Counted from the first letter of the stretch, positions 42,945-54,234 are shown. The stretch: DNA of 64,000 nt from Burkholderiales bacterium (GCA_038213545.1 JBBQSX010000001.1:21067-85066); one strand, 5' to 3'. The notes: a model not told the origin generated them from the sequence alone. Numbers and translations: made by a program.

Positions 42945-43484
42945 GTGACGAAAAGCCCCAAAAAGTCGACTGCGCCCGCTGAGAAACCGGCCCTGGCCGA
43001 GAAGTCCAACGGCGCTGGCCGGCGCATCCAGACGCGCAAGTCGGGCGTGCATGGCCGCGGGGTCTACGCGGTGGTGGACCTGGCCGAGGGCGAAACCCTC
43101 ATTGAATATGTGGGCGAGGTGATCACCTGGGACGAAGCCCTGCGCCGCCACCCCCACGACCCGACCGACCCGAACCACACCTTCTATTTCCACATCGACG
43201 AAGAGCACGTGATTGACGCCAAGTTCGGTGGCAACTCGGCGCGCTGGATCAACCACAGCTGCGCACCCAACTGCGAAGCCGAAGTGGACGAGGGCCGCGT
43301 GTTCATCCGCGCGCAACGCAACATCAAGGCCGGCGAAGAGCTGTTCTACGACTACGGCCTGGTGATCGACGAACCCTACACGCCCAAGCTCAAGGCCGAG
43401 TACCCCTGCTGGTGCGGCGCAAAGAAGTGCCGCGGCACGCTGCTTGCACCCAAGCGCGCTGGCAAAGCGTCGAAACTCGGCTGA
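42945..43484 (+). CDS. SET-domain protein lysine methyltransferase with post-SET motif (start uncertain)
   Basis: HGRGVYA, IEYVGE, ARWINHSCAPN, GEELFYDY and CWCGAKKCRG motifs. Confidence 0.92.
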   Translation: MTKSPKKSTAPAEKPALAEKSNGAGRRIQTRKSGVHGRGVYAVVDLAEGETLIEYVGEVITWDEALRRHPHDPTDPNHTFYFHIDEEHVIDAKFGGNSARWINHSCAPNCEAEVDEGRVFIRAQRNIKAGEELFYDYGLVIDEPYTPKLKAEYPCWCGAKKCRGTLLAPKRAGKASKLG

Positions 43485-43491
43485 ACGGCCC

Positions 43492-44295
43492 ATGGCCGAC
43501 ACCCTGATCCGCCACGCAGAAGCCGTCTGGCAGGCGGTTGAACCCACCCTGCCGGGTTTCACGGTCGAGGTGCTGCCCAGCATCGACTCCACCAGCAGCG
43601 AGCTCATGCGCCGCGCGCGCAGCGGGCTGATGGAGCCGGTGTTGCTGGCGGCCGAGGACCAGACGGCGGGGCGCGGTCGGCTCGGCAAGGCCTGGCACAG
43701 CAAGCCCGATCAATCGCTCACGTTTTCCCTGGCGATGCCGCTGGCACCTGCGAGCTGGTCGGGCTTGTCGCTGGCTGTGGGCGTGAGCCTGGCGCACAGC
43801 CTGCACCCTGATGTGCGCCTCAAGTGGCCCAACGACCTCTGGCTGCACCAGCGCAAGATCGGCGGCATCCTGGTGGAGACGGCCAGCACGGGTGAAGCCG
43901 GCCAGGGCCAGCGCTTGGTGGTGATCGGCGTGGGCATCAACGTGGCGCGGCCCGAGGTGTCGGCGGTGGCTGCGCTGGTGCCGGATGGCTCCGCGGTCAC
44001 GGCCATGGCGCCGGCGGGGCTGTCCGAGGTACTCGTCGGCATCACGCCGGGCGAGGTGCTGGAGCGCGTGGCACCGACGCTGGTGCGCGACATCCAGGCG
44101 TTTGCCCTGCATGGCTTTGCCGCCTTTGCCCAGCGCTTTGCCCAGCTGGACGCCCTGCGGGGCCAGGCGGTGCAGCTGTCGGATGGCACACGCGGCACGG
44201 CCTGTGGCGTGAACGACGACGGCGCCCTGCAGGTGCTGACCGAGCGCGGCATGCAGACGGTGACCAGCGCCGAAGTGAGCGTGCGTCCATGCTGA
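43492..44295 (+). CDS. birA: Biotin-[acetyl-CoA carboxylase] ligase (no N-terminal HTH)
   Basis: IDST, QTAGRGR, KWPND and KIGGILVE motifs. Confidence 0.93.
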   Translation: MADTLIRHAEAVWQAVEPTLPGFTVEVLPSIDSTSSELMRRARSGLMEPVLLAAEDQTAGRGRLGKAWHSKPDQSLTFSLAMPLAPASWSGLSLAVGVSLAHSLHPDVRLKWPNDLWLHQRKIGGILVETASTGEAGQGQRLVVIGVGINVARPEVSAVAALVPDGSAVTAMAPAGLSEVLVGITPGEVLERVAPTLVRDIQAFALHGFAAFAQRFAQLDALRGQAVQLSDGTRGTACGVNDDGALQVLTERGMQTVTSAEVSVRPC

Positions 44296-45062
44296 AGTGG
44301 GCCATCTGGTTGCTGGTGCTCGGCAATGCCGGCTATTTCGCGTGGTCGCAGGGATACCTGGAGACGCTGGGTCTGAAGCCCGCCGAGCAGCGCGAGCCGC
44401 AGCGCATGACACAGCAGGTGCGCCCCGAGGTCTTGCGCCTGCTCAACGGCCCCCGGGCCGAGACCACACCCGCGGTGGTGGCACCAGCGCCGGCCGCACC
44501 CGCTGCGGTGGTGGTAGCGCAGCCACCTGCAGCACCCAGCGTGCCCGATCCTGTGGCCCCCGCGTCTGTGCCCACGCCCACGGTGGCGGTCGCCGCGGGC
44601 AGCGGCCCGCGCGCGTGCTGGCAGGCCATTGGCTTTACCGACGATCAGGCCGAACTGTTGCGCGCCGAGCTGGCCCTGCTGGGCCTGCCTTCCTCGGGCT
44701 TTGCCTTCACCGAAGTGCGCAGCAACGGCCGCTGGATCGTCTACATGGGCCGCTACGACAACCAGCAACAGGCCGATCGCAAAAAGGACGAGCTGCGCGC
44801 GCTCGGCGTGTCGTTCCGCGAGATCTCTGCCCCCGGGCTGGCGCCCGGCCTGGCCCTGGGCACCTTCTCCACCGAGGCCGCGGCGCAACAGGCCTTGCAA
44901 AAGGCCGAGCGAGACGGCATTCGCACGGCGAAAGTGGCGCAGGAGCGGGCCGAAAGCCAGAGCGTCAACCTGCGCCTGCCGGCCATCACCGACACCCAGC
45001 GTGCCGCCATCGACGGGCTGGGCGAAGCCATGGCGGGCAAGCGCCTGCAGCGCTGCGGCTGA
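44289..45062 (+). CDS. SPOR-domain membrane-anchored protein
   Basis: N-terminal TM, Pro/Ala linker, WIVYMGRY and LALGTFS motifs; usual birA neighbour. Confidence 0.7.
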   Translation: MLKWAIWLLVLGNAGYFAWSQGYLETLGLKPAEQREPQRMTQQVRPEVLRLLNGPRAETTPAVVAPAPAAPAAVVVAQPPAAPSVPDPVAPASVPTPTVAVAAGSGPRACWQAIGFTDDQAELLRAELALLGLPSSGFAFTEVRSNGRWIVYMGRYDNQQQADRKKDELRALGVSFREISAPGLAPGLALGTFSTEAAAQQALQKAERDGIRTAKVAQERAESQSVNLRLPAITDTQRAAIDGLGEAMAGKRLQRCG

Positions 45063-45069
45063 GGTTTTC

Positions 45070-47025
45070 TCAAGCCTCGCGCCGCGCGCGGCGCTGTTGC
45101 CAGCAGACCGCCAGCACCCACGCCCACAAGGCCATGCCCCAGAACACGCTGCTGGAGCCACCGCCGCCGCCACCGCTGGTGACGGGAAAGGCCGCGACCA
45201 CGGTCACGGTATCGCTGCCGCTGCGCGGGGATGAGAAATCGTCGGTGACTGTGAGCTTGAAGACGTAAGTGGCCGGTGAGGTGGACAGGCTCGCACCAGC
45301 CACGGCCGTTTGTGCGTTCGTGATGGCCACGGTCGGGCCGCTGACCTGGGTCCACTGGTGGCTGACGATGTTGAAGCCTGTGAGCGCCACGCTGGCCGAG
45401 CCGTTGAGCGTGATCGCGGTGCCCGGGGTCACGGTGCCGATGGGGGTGATGACGGCGGCGGGGCCGGTGGCCAGCTGGACCGAGGCTGCGGCGTCGAGCA
45501 GGCCGGCGCCGCAGGTGGTGGTGGTGCAGTTTCCGCCAGCGACGTGGGGCCTCGCACCGGCCTTCATGCGCTCAATCAGGGCCGACGGCGTCAGAGCATT
45601 GTTTAGAGACAGCATCAGGCTGGCCACGCCCACGGCCTGGGGTGCAGAAAAACTGGTGCCTTGCTTGTAACCATAGTGATCTGCCGGGTTGGGCAGGGCG
45701 CTGTACGGCACCGGCGTTGTTGTCCCCGGGTTATCGATTGAGTAAATACTGTCAGGGCCTCCAAAGGCGCCGGATCCGCCAGGTGCCGACAGGGCCACCT
45801 GCGGACCGAAATCAGAATAGTCAGCTTTGGAACCATCCTTACGGACAGAGGCCACGGCCATCACTCGCCTGCAATCGGCTGGCCGCTTGAGCGCGCCACC
45901 GCCATTGCCCGCGGCCACCACCACCAAAGCCCCCGCGTCGGTAGCGGCGTCGATGGTTGCCTGATATGCCGCGCTGCACGGTGCGTCTCCCCCAAAGCTG
46001 AGGTTGATCACACGGGCCGGGGTGGTGTTGTTCGGCACGCCAGCCACCGGCAAGCCGGCGGCCCAGCGCACGCCGTCCAGCAGGTCAGACACCAGCGCGC
46101 CGCATTTGCCTGCCACCCGCACCGGCAGGATCCGCGCGCCCCAGTTGATACCGGCGACACCCTGGGCGTTGTCCGTGAAGGCCGCGATCTGGCCGGTGAT
46201 GAAAGTACCGTGCCAGGAGCTGTCTTGTTTAGGGTATGGAGGCGCCGAAACGCCGTCCCATGTGCATTGGTAGAAAAGGCTCTGTGTGTCGTTGGATTCA
46301 GTCTGCGTGACCCAGTCGCCCGGATCGCTGGCATCGGCATCGCGCCCACTCCCGCCATCGTTGGCAACGGCAGTTTCGCTCACAAGGTCGTAGCCATTCA
46401 ACAGACGCGCGCCCAACGCCGCCAATTCCGGGTGGTCGCGCCGCACACCGCCGTCCACCACAGCCACCACCACTGGCGTTCCAGTGCTGCCCGTTGTCAA
46501 GCTCCATGCGTTGGGCAGGTTCATGGCAGCGGGGTTGACCGGGCTGGAGAGGCTCGGCACCTGCAGGTGCCATTGCAATCCAAAAGAGGTGTCGTTGGGC
46601 GAAGTCTGCAGCCGCTTCACAAACACATTGGGTTCGACCCAGGCCACGTCGGGATGCAGGCGCACGCGGCGCATCGCGTCTTCAAGGGAGCGGCCCTGAA
46701 GCGGCCGCTCGAACTTCAGCAAGGCCGCATTGCCCGCTTCGCCGGTACCGCGCAGGGACAGGCCCACGTCCTGCGCCAGGCGCCGCGTGCGTTCGCGGGT
46801 CTGGTCGGTGGCGGCCTTCCAGCGGGCCCGTGCCCGCTCTCGCTGGTCCGCGCGGGGACTGCGGTCGATCTGCTCGGCTTCGGTATCGGCCGCGGAAGCG
46901 CGGTAGCCGATGATCAGCCCATGCGCAGGTGCGGCAACGCCTTGCGCATGGGCCGATGCGCAGACCAGCACGGCTGCAAAGCCCAAGGCTGCGGTTCGGG
47001 TTTTGTATCCGAGGTGTAAAAGCAT
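45070..47025 (-). CDS. Secreted S8 (subtilisin-like) serine peptidase with PKD/Ig-like domain and GlyGly-CTERM tail
   Basis: Signal peptide; triad VAVVDGG, SWHGT, GTSFSAP; C-terminus SGGGGGGSS + hydrophobic helix + RRARR. Confidence 0.9.
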   Translation of the reverse strand: MLLHLGYKTRTAALGFAAVLVCASAHAQGVAAPAHGLIIGYRASAADTEAEQIDRSPRADQRERARARWKAATDQTRERTRRLAQDVGLSLRGTGEAGNAALLKFERPLQGRSLEDAMRRVRLHPDVAWVEPNVFVKRLQTSPNDTSFGLQWHLQVPSLSSPVNPAAMNLPNAWSLTTGSTGTPVVVAVVDGGVRRDHPELAALGARLLNGYDLVSETAVANDGGSGRDADASDPGDWVTQTESNDTQSLFYQCTWDGVSAPPYPKQDSSWHGTFITGQIAAFTDNAQGVAGINWGARILPVRVAGKCGALVSDLLDGVRWAAGLPVAGVPNNTTPARVINLSFGGDAPCSAAYQATIDAATDAGALVVVAAGNGGGALKRPADCRRVMAVASVRKDGSKADYSDFGPQVALSAPGGSGAFGGPDSIYSIDNPGTTTPVPYSALPNPADHYGYKQGTSFSAPQAVGVASLMLSLNNALTPSALIERMKAGARPHVAGGNCTTTTCGAGLLDAAASVQLATGPAAVITPIGTVTPGTAITLNGSASVALTGFNIVSHQWTQVSGPTVAITNAQTAVAGASLSTSPATYVFKLTVTDDFSSPRSGSDTVTVVAAFPVTSGGGGGGSSSVFWGMALWAWVLAVCWQQRRARREA

Positions 47026-47098
47026 GCCGGTTTGTAGCACGGCCCCACCCGCCGTCGCCACCTCATTTGACGGAGGTGGTGCGTTTGTGTGGACCGTG

Positions 47099-48010
47099 TC
47101 AGACAGCCGCCGGACGGCGCTGTGTTTGTGCGGCAAACCAGTCCAGCGCGTCGTTCCACAGCGGCTGCGCTTTCGGCCGGAAATACCCCATGTGGCCGAT
47201 GGCGCCAAGGCCGGCGCGCCGGGCATCGAGCGTGACGCTGCGCACCTCGGCATTGCGGTACCCGGCCATGAAGGCGTCGCGCGAGGCCGGGGGCGCCCAT
47301 GCGTCGTCCAGGGCATTCACGGCCACGATGGGGAAACGCACCCCGTTGAACCGTTCGGTGGTGGCCCGCATGGCCGGGTCGTCAAAGAAGTAGCGAGGGA
47401 AGCGGCACCAGTGGCGCCACTGTCGGTACACGTCGATCGGGAGGTCTTCGCCCATGCCCAGGCGGCTCCATGGCAGGTAGCCGTGCATGCGCGTCCACAC
47501 TGGGCCCAGCACGCGCCACATGAAGAGCACGCGCAGGCGCTCCAGCGGCGGCATCCAGCCGTGCCAGCCTGCACCGGTGGCGAACGTGTACGCGCCGTCC
47601 ACCGCGCCCGGGTCGGGCAGCAGGCCCAGCGCATGGCCGCCGTAGGAGTGGCCCACCAGGTACAGCGGCATGCCGTCCTGGCGCATGGCCGCCACCCCCG
47701 CGGCCAGGTCGAGCCGGCCCCAGTCGAGGTAGTCCATGCGAAAGCCCTTGAGCGTGGCGGGGGCCGACTGCCCGATGCCGCGGTAGTCCAGCGTGAGCAC
47801 GTCGAAACCCCGGCGCGCGGCGTGTTCGGCAAAGCGTTTGTAAAAGCCTTGCGGCACGGCGGTGGCGCCGCCCACCACCAGGTGGCCCCTCGGTGGCGTG
47901 GGGCTGTGGAAGCGGTGCGCCGCCAGCGGGTAGCCGTCGGCGGCGGTCAGGACAAGCCGCTCGGTGCGGACAGCCTGGTTGTTCTCGCCGGTGGAAGGAA
48001 AGCTGCTCAT
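47099..48010 (-). CDS. Alpha/beta hydrolase
   Basis: DYRGIGQS and GHSYGG nucleophile motif; DD and GHMGYF. Confidence 0.9.
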   Translation of the reverse strand: MSSFPSTGENNQAVRTERLVLTAADGYPLAAHRFHSPTPPRGHLVVGGATAVPQGFYKRFAEHAARRGFDVLTLDYRGIGQSAPATLKGFRMDYLDWGRLDLAAGVAAMRQDGMPLYLVGHSYGGHALGLLPDPGAVDGAYTFATGAGWHGWMPPLERLRVLFMWRVLGPVWTRMHGYLPWSRLGMGEDLPIDVYRQWRHWCRFPRYFFDDPAMRATTERFNGVRFPIVAVNALDDAWAPPASRDAFMAGYRNAEVRSVTLDARRAGLGAIGHMGYFRPKAQPLWNDALDWFAAQTQRRPAAV

Positions 48011-48031
48011 GAAGGATCTCCAGTGGGACGT

Positions 48032-48619
48032 TCAGCGGGTCGGGCGGGCGGTCAAGAGCGAAAGCAGGGTCTCGGTGGCCTGCGTGATGGGTTCGCTGCT
48101 TTGCGCCACGCGCGCCTGCAGCAAACCGCCTTCGTAGGTGGCCACGATCAGGGCGGCGATGCCCTGCGCCTGCGCGCGCGGCTCGCCGTGCTGCTCCAAA
48201 GCGGCTGCGATGCGCTCGCGCAGCGTGGCAAACGCGCGGGCCAAGGCGTCTCGCAAGGCGGCGTCTTCGGGCGTGGACTCCAGCGCCACGGTGGCCAGCG
48301 GGCAACCCGACTCGAAACCGGTGTCGCTCAGGTGCGCGGTAGCACCCGCCATCCAGCGGCGCGTGGCTGCGATGGGGTCGGGCGTGCTGGCCAGCAGCGC
48401 CTCGAGCCCGCGCAGCATGCGCGCCACCACGTCGTCGATGGCGGCCACGGCCAGCTCGGTCTTGCCGCCGGGAAAGTGGTGGTACAGAACGCCCTTGGGC
48501 GCACCGGCATGGGCCAGCAGCTCGGTCAGGCCGATGCCGTGCAGGCCGCGTCGGCGCAGCGCGTCGGTCATGGCGGCGATCAGGCGTTCGCGGGTGCCCG
48601 GGGTGGGTGCATCGGTCAT
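48032..48619 (-). CDS. TetR-family regulator (LmrA/YxaF-like)
   Basis: GAPKGVLYHHFPGGKTEL HTH; GCPLA motif. Confidence 0.9.
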   Translation of the reverse strand: MTDAPTPGTRERLIAAMTDALRRRGLHGIGLTELLAHAGAPKGVLYHHFPGGKTELAVAAIDDVVARMLRGLEALLASTPDPIAATRRWMAGATAHLSDTGFESGCPLATVALESTPEDAALRDALARAFATLRERIAAALEQHGEPRAQAQGIAALIVATYEGGLLQARVAQSSEPITQATETLLSLLTARPTR

Positions 48620-48632
48620 GGAGCGCAATCTA

Positions 48633-48648
48633 TAGACCGGTCGGTCTA
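48633..48648. promoter_or_regulatory. Palindromic operator of the TetR gene
   Basis: TAGACCG-GT-CGGTCTA, 14 nt upstream of the ATG. Confidence 0.75.
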
Positions 48649-48688
48649 GTGTCAAGCCATGGGGTGTCGCGCAGGTTCGCCGGGCAAC

Positions 48689-48713
48689 AAAAAAGCGCCC
48701 GAAGGCGCTTTTT
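48689..48713 (-). terminator. Intrinsic terminator after gap
   Basis: AAAAAAGCGCC-CGAA-GGCGCTTTTT. Confidence 0.85.
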
Positions 48714-48733
48714 CAATCGATGCAAGCGGGCGC

Positions 48734-49774
<1,041 letters not shown>

Positions 49775-51847
49775 TCATTTCGCCAGCACGGCACGCACCG
49801 TGTCGGCCACATTGGCGGGCGTGAAGCCGAAGTGCTCGAACAGCACTGGGGCCGGGGCCGACTCGCCGTAGGTGTCCAGCCCCACGACCGCGGCCACGCC
49901 GTACTTCCACCAGCCGTCCGTGGAACCCATCTCGACGGCCACACGCGGCACGCCGGCGGGCAACACCGACGCCTTGAAGGCAGCACTCTGGCGGTCAAAC
50001 GTGGTGGTGCTGGGCATGGAGACCACGCGCACCGCAATCTTGTATTCCTTGGCCAGCAGCTCTTGCGCCTTCAGCGCCAGTTGCACTTCGGAGCCGGTGG
50101 CAATGATCACCGCCTGCGCCTTTTTCTTCAGGCCCACTTCGCTCGGTTCGGCCAGCACATAGGCGCCTTTGCTGATGTCGCCCAGGTCGCTCTTGGGCGC
50201 GTAGGGCAGGTTCTGGCGGCTGAGCAGAAGCGCGGTGGGGCGCGTGGTGTTTTGCAGCGCAACGGCCCAGGCCACGGCGGTCTCGGCCGTGTCGGCCGGA
50301 CGCCAGACGTCCAGGTTGGGGATCAGGCGCAGGCTGGCGGCGTGCTCGACCGACTGGTGCGTGGGGCCGTCTTCGCCCAGGCCGATGGAGTCGTGCGTGA
50401 ACACGTGAATGACACGTTGTTTCATCAACGCGGCCATGCGGATGGCGTTGCGGCTGTAATCGCTGAAGGTGAGGAAGGTGCCGCCGTAAGGAATGAATCC
50501 GCCGTGCAGCGCCACGCCGTTCATGATGGCGGCCATGCCGAATTCGCGCACACCGTAGTTGATGTGGCGACCGCCCTGGCCTTGCTCGTTTTTCACCACG
50601 TCGCCGGCCAGGTTGAAGCGCAGCGCGGGCGTGGACTTGGTGTTGGTGAGGTTGGAGCCGGTGAGGTCGGCGCTGCCGCCCAGCAGCTCGGGCAGCGCGG
50701 CGGTGAAGGTCTCGAGTGCGAGCTGGCTGGCCTTGCGGCTGGCCACGGTCTCGGCCTTGGTGTGGGCGGCCACGGCCGCGTCCACCGCCACCTGGCCGAA
50801 GTTCTTCGGCAGCTCGCCCTTCATGCGGCGCACAAACTCTTTGGCGAGCTCGGGGAAGGCGGCCTTGTAGGCGGCGAACGTGGTGTTCCAGGCGGCTTCG
50901 GCGGCCTTGCCGGCGTCTTTCGCGTCCCACGCGGCGTACACGTCTTTCGGGATGGTGAAGGGAGCGTGCGGCCAGTTGAGCGCCTCGCGGGTGAGCTTGA
51001 TCTCTTCAGCACCCAGCGGTTCGCCGTGGGCCTTGGCCGTGTTGGCGCGGTTCGGGCTGCCTTTGCCGATGTGCGTCTTGCAGATGATCATCGTGGGGGC
51101 ATCGGCCTTGTTCTTCGCATCGGCAATGGCGCGGTCCACGGCCTCGGCGTCGTGGCCATCGATCGGGCCGATCACGTTCCAGCCGTAGGCGGCAAAGCGA
51201 ATCGCGGTGTTGTCGATGAACCAGGGCGTGACCTGACCGTCGATCGAAATACCGTTGTCGTCGTACAGCGCGATCAGCTTGTTGAGCTTCCACGCTCCAG
51301 CGAGGGCGCAGGCTTCGTGGCTGATGCCTTCCATGAGGCAACCGTCGCCCAGGAACACGTAGGTGTGGTGGTCCACGATGGCATGGCCGTCGCGGTTGAA
51401 CTCGGCCGCCAGCAGCTTCTCGGCCAGCGCCATGCCCACCGCGTTGGTGATACCTTGCCCCAGCGGCCCGGTGGTGGTTTCCACGCCGGGGGTGATGCCC
51501 ACCTCGGGATGGCCGGCGGTCTTGCTGTGCAGCTGGCGGAAGTTCTTGAGTTCACCGATCGGAAGTTTGTAACCGGTGAGGTGCAGCAGCGCGTAAATCA
51601 ACATGGAGCCGTGGCCGTTGGACAGCACGAAGCGGTCGCGGTTGGCCCACTGCGGGTTGGTCGGGCTGTGGCGCAGGTGACGGCCCCACAGGGCGACCGC
51701 CATGTCGGCCATGCCCATGGGCGCGCCCGGGTGGCCCGAGTTGGCGGCTTGCACCGCGTCCATGGCCAGCGCGCGAAGGGCGTTGGCCTGGGTCTGGGGC
51801 GACACGGCTTGGGCGATGGGGGTGGGGGTGCTGACGGTGTCGGACAT
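49775..51847 (-). CDS. tkt: Transketolase
   Basis: [23 protein letters not shown] and [15 protein letters not shown] motifs. Confidence 0.97.
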   Translation of the reverse strand: MSDTVSTPTPIAQAVSPQTQANALRALAMDAVQAANSGHPGAPMGMADMAVALWGRHLRHSPTNPQWANRDRFVLSNGHGSMLIYALLHLTGYKLPIGELKNFRQLHSKTAGHPEVGITPGVETTTGPLGQGITNAVGMALAEKLLAAEFNRDGHAIVDHHTYVFLGDGCLMEGISHEACALAGAWKLNKLIALYDDNGISIDGQVTPWFIDNTAIRFAAYGWNVIGPIDGHDAEAVDRAIADAKNKADAPTMIICKTHIGKGSPNRANTAKAHGEPLGAEEIKLTREALNWPHAPFTIPKDVYAAWDAKDAGKAAEAAWNTTFAAYKAAFPELAKEFVRRMKGELPKNFGQVAVDAAVAAHTKAETVASRKASQLALETFTAALPELLGGSADLTGSNLTNTKSTPALRFNLAGDVVKNEQGQGGRHINYGVREFGMAAIMNGVALHGGFIPYGGTFLTFSDYSRNAIRMAALMKQRVIHVFTHDSIGLGEDGPTHQSVEHAASLRLIPNLDVWRPADTAETAVAWAVALQNTTRPTALLLSRQNLPYAPKSDLGDISKGAYVLAEPSEVGLKKKAQAVIIATGSEVQLALKAQELLAKEYKIAVRVVSMPSTTTFDRQSAAFKASVLPAGVPRVAVEMGSTDGWWKYGVAAVVGLDTYGESAPAPVLFEHFGFTPANVADTVRAVLAK

Positions 51848-52030
51848 GGGCGTGCTGGAAAGTGGGGTGGGGCGGGGTAACGCGGGGACTCGCGCGATGG
51901 CGCAAAACAACGGATTTTATCGGCCAGCCCATCGCCGGCAGCGTCGCCCGGCATCGCGACAGCGCGCAAGCCCATAATTCTTCGACGTGTGCGGCCCTGT
52001 GCGCCCGGCACGCGCATCCAACCGCTCCCC

Positions 52031-52786
52031 ATGACCCGACTCGCCACTGAAGCCCCATCACCACGCCCCCTGGCCACGGCCATGGTGCTCGCCGCCGGAC
52101 GCGGCATGCGCATGCGCCCGCTGACCGACGTGACGCCCAAACCTTTGCTGCATGTGCACGGCAAGCCGCTGATGCAGTGGCCCATGGAAGGCTTGGTCGC
52201 CGGCGGCTTCCCGCGCTTTGTGGTCAACACCGCCTGGCTGGGCGATCAGATCGACGCCCACTGCGCCAGCTGGAGCCGTGACCAGCCAGGCTGCGACGTG
52301 GTGATGTCGCGCGAGGGCGTCGACTTCGGTTATGCGCTGGAGACCGCCGGCGGCATCGCACGCGCGCTGCCGTTGCTGGCCGAGGTGTTCTGGGTGCTCG
52401 CAGGCGACGTGTACATGCCCGACTTTGCCTTCAACCAGGCGAGCGTCGACCGTTTCGAGACCAGCGGCCTGCTGGCCCACATCTGGCTGGTGCCCAACCC
52501 GCCGCACAACCCACGCGGTGATTTCGGCCTGGGCCCGGACGGCCTGGCCATCAGCCGGGCCGGCGAGGCGTGGACTTTCAGCACCATCGGGCTGTACCGG
52601 CGCGAGCTTTTCGAGCTGCCCTGGTGCGAGGTGCTGGCCGGCAACCCGCAGGGCACGGCCGAGCCGCTCGCACCGCTGCTGCGCCGGGCGATGGAGGCGG
52701 GGCAGGTGAGCGCGGAGGTCTACGAGGGCACCTGGGTCGACGTGGGCACACCTGAGCGCCTGGAAGAACTGAACCGGCGGGCCTGA
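52031..52786 (+). CDS. Nucleotidyltransferase, MurNAc-1-phosphate uridylyltransferase (MurU)-like
   Basis: LAAGRGMRMRPLT..PKPLL, LETAGG, PNPPHNPRGDF and DVGTPERL motifs. Confidence 0.8.
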   Translation: MTRLATEAPSPRPLATAMVLAAGRGMRMRPLTDVTPKPLLHVHGKPLMQWPMEGLVAGGFPRFVVNTAWLGDQIDAHCASWSRDQPGCDVVMSREGVDFGYALETAGGIARALPLLAEVFWVLAGDVYMPDFAFNQASVDRFETSGLLAHIWLVPNPPHNPRGDFGLGPDGLAISRAGEAWTFSTIGLYRRELFELPWCEVLAGNPQGTAEPLAPLLRRAMEAGQVSAEVYEGTWVDVGTPERLEELNRRA

Positions 52787-52823
52787 TTCCCCCGGCACAC
52801 AGGCCTGTGCTGAAAGTCAGAGA

Positions 52824-54230
52824 ATGGCGACCATGGACTCCACCACCCACACCCACCTCTACGCCGAACGCCGCGCCCGCGTGGCCGCCGCGCTCGGCCC
52901 CGGCGGCATCGCCATCGTGCCCACCGCGCTCGAGCGGCCACGCAACCGCGACAGCGATTTCCTTTACCGGCACGACAGCTACTTCTACTACCTCACCGGT
53001 TTCACCGAGCCCAACGCCTGGCTTGTGATCACGGCCGAGGGCAGCACCACGCTGTTCTGCCAACCCAAAGACCTGGAGCGCGAGATCTGGGACGGCATCC
53101 GCCTGGGCCCCGACGCCGCGCCGGAGCACCTGGGTGTGAGCGAGGCTTTTTCGGTGGTCGAGCTCGACCAGCGCCTGCCCAAGTTGCTGGAGAACCGCCA
53201 GACGGTGTGGTACCCGTTCGCCACCCACGAAGGGTTGGAAGGCCGGATCAATGGCTGGCTGCAACCGGTGCGCGCCCGCGTGCGCTACGGCGCGCTGTGC
53301 CCTGACTCGCAACGCGACCTGTGCGGTGTGCTGGACGAACTGCGTCTGGTGAAAGACACGTTCGAACAGGACACCATGCGCCGCGCCGCGCAGATCAGCG
53401 CCAAGGCCCACATTCGTGCCATGCAGCGCAGCGCGGCCATGCTGCGCGCAGGTCTTGACGTTCGCGAATACCACCTGGACGCCGAGCTGCTGCACAGCTT
53501 CCGCGAGCACGGCTCGCAGTACCCGGCCTACGGCAGCATCGTGGCCGCCGGGGCCAACGCCTGCGTGCTGCACTACCGGGCCGACGCCGCACCCATCCGC
53601 AGCGGCGAGCTGGTGCTGATCGACGCCGGCTGCGAACTCGACGGCTATGCCAGCGACATCACGCGCACCTTCCCGGCCAACGGTGTGTTCACCGGCCCGC
53701 AGCGCGAGCTGTACGACCTGGTTCTGGCCAGCCAGATCGCGGCGGTCAACGCCACCCACGCCGGCGCGCGTTTCGTTGATCCGCACGAGGCCACCGTGGC
53801 GGTGCTCGCCCAGGGCCTGCTGGATGTCGGCCTGCTCGACAAGAACAAAGTGGGCAACGCACAGGATGTGATCACCAACCGCTCGTACTTCCAGTTCTAC
53901 ATGCACCGCACCGGCCACTGGCTGGGCATGGACGTGCACGACTGCGGCAGCTACGTGGAGCCGTCCGAGCTGGGCACGGTGAACGAACGCAAGGACCCCT
54001 TGAGCGGCGAGACCATCAAGGACCGCCCGAGCCGCGTCCTGCGCCCGGGCATGGTGCTGACCATCGAGCCAGGGCTCTATGTGCGCCCGGCCGAGGGCGT
54101 GCCCGAGAAGTTCTGGAACATCGGCATCCGCATCGAGGACGACGCCATCGTCACCGACACCGGCTGTGAACTGATTTCGCGCGGTGTGCCGGTGGAAGCC
54201 GCCGAGATCGAAGCACTGATGCGCAGCTGA
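52824..54230 (+). CDS. pepP: Xaa-Pro aminopeptidase
   Basis: IDAGCE, YASDITRT, GHWLGMDVHD, TIEPGLY and GIRIEDD motifs. Confidence 0.93.
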   Translation: MATMDSTTHTHLYAERRARVAAALGPGGIAIVPTALERPRNRDSDFLYRHDSYFYYLTGFTEPNAWLVITAEGSTTLFCQPKDLEREIWDGIRLGPDAAPEHLGVSEAFSVVELDQRLPKLLENRQTVWYPFATHEGLEGRINGWLQPVRARVRYGALCPDSQRDLCGVLDELRLVKDTFEQDTMRRAAQISAKAHIRAMQRSAAMLRAGLDVREYHLDAELLHSFREHGSQYPAYGSIVAAGANACVLHYRADAAPIRSGELVLIDAGCELDGYASDITRTFPANGVFTGPQRELYDLVLASQIAAVNATHAGARFVDPHEATVAVLAQGLLDVGLLDKNKVGNAQDVITNRSYFQFYMHRTGHWLGMDVHDCGSYVEPSELGTVNERKDPLSGETIKDRPSRVLRPGMVLTIEPGLYVRPAEGVPEKFWNIGIRIEDDAIVTDTGCELISRGVPVEAAEIEALMRS

Positions 54231-54234
54231 GGCC

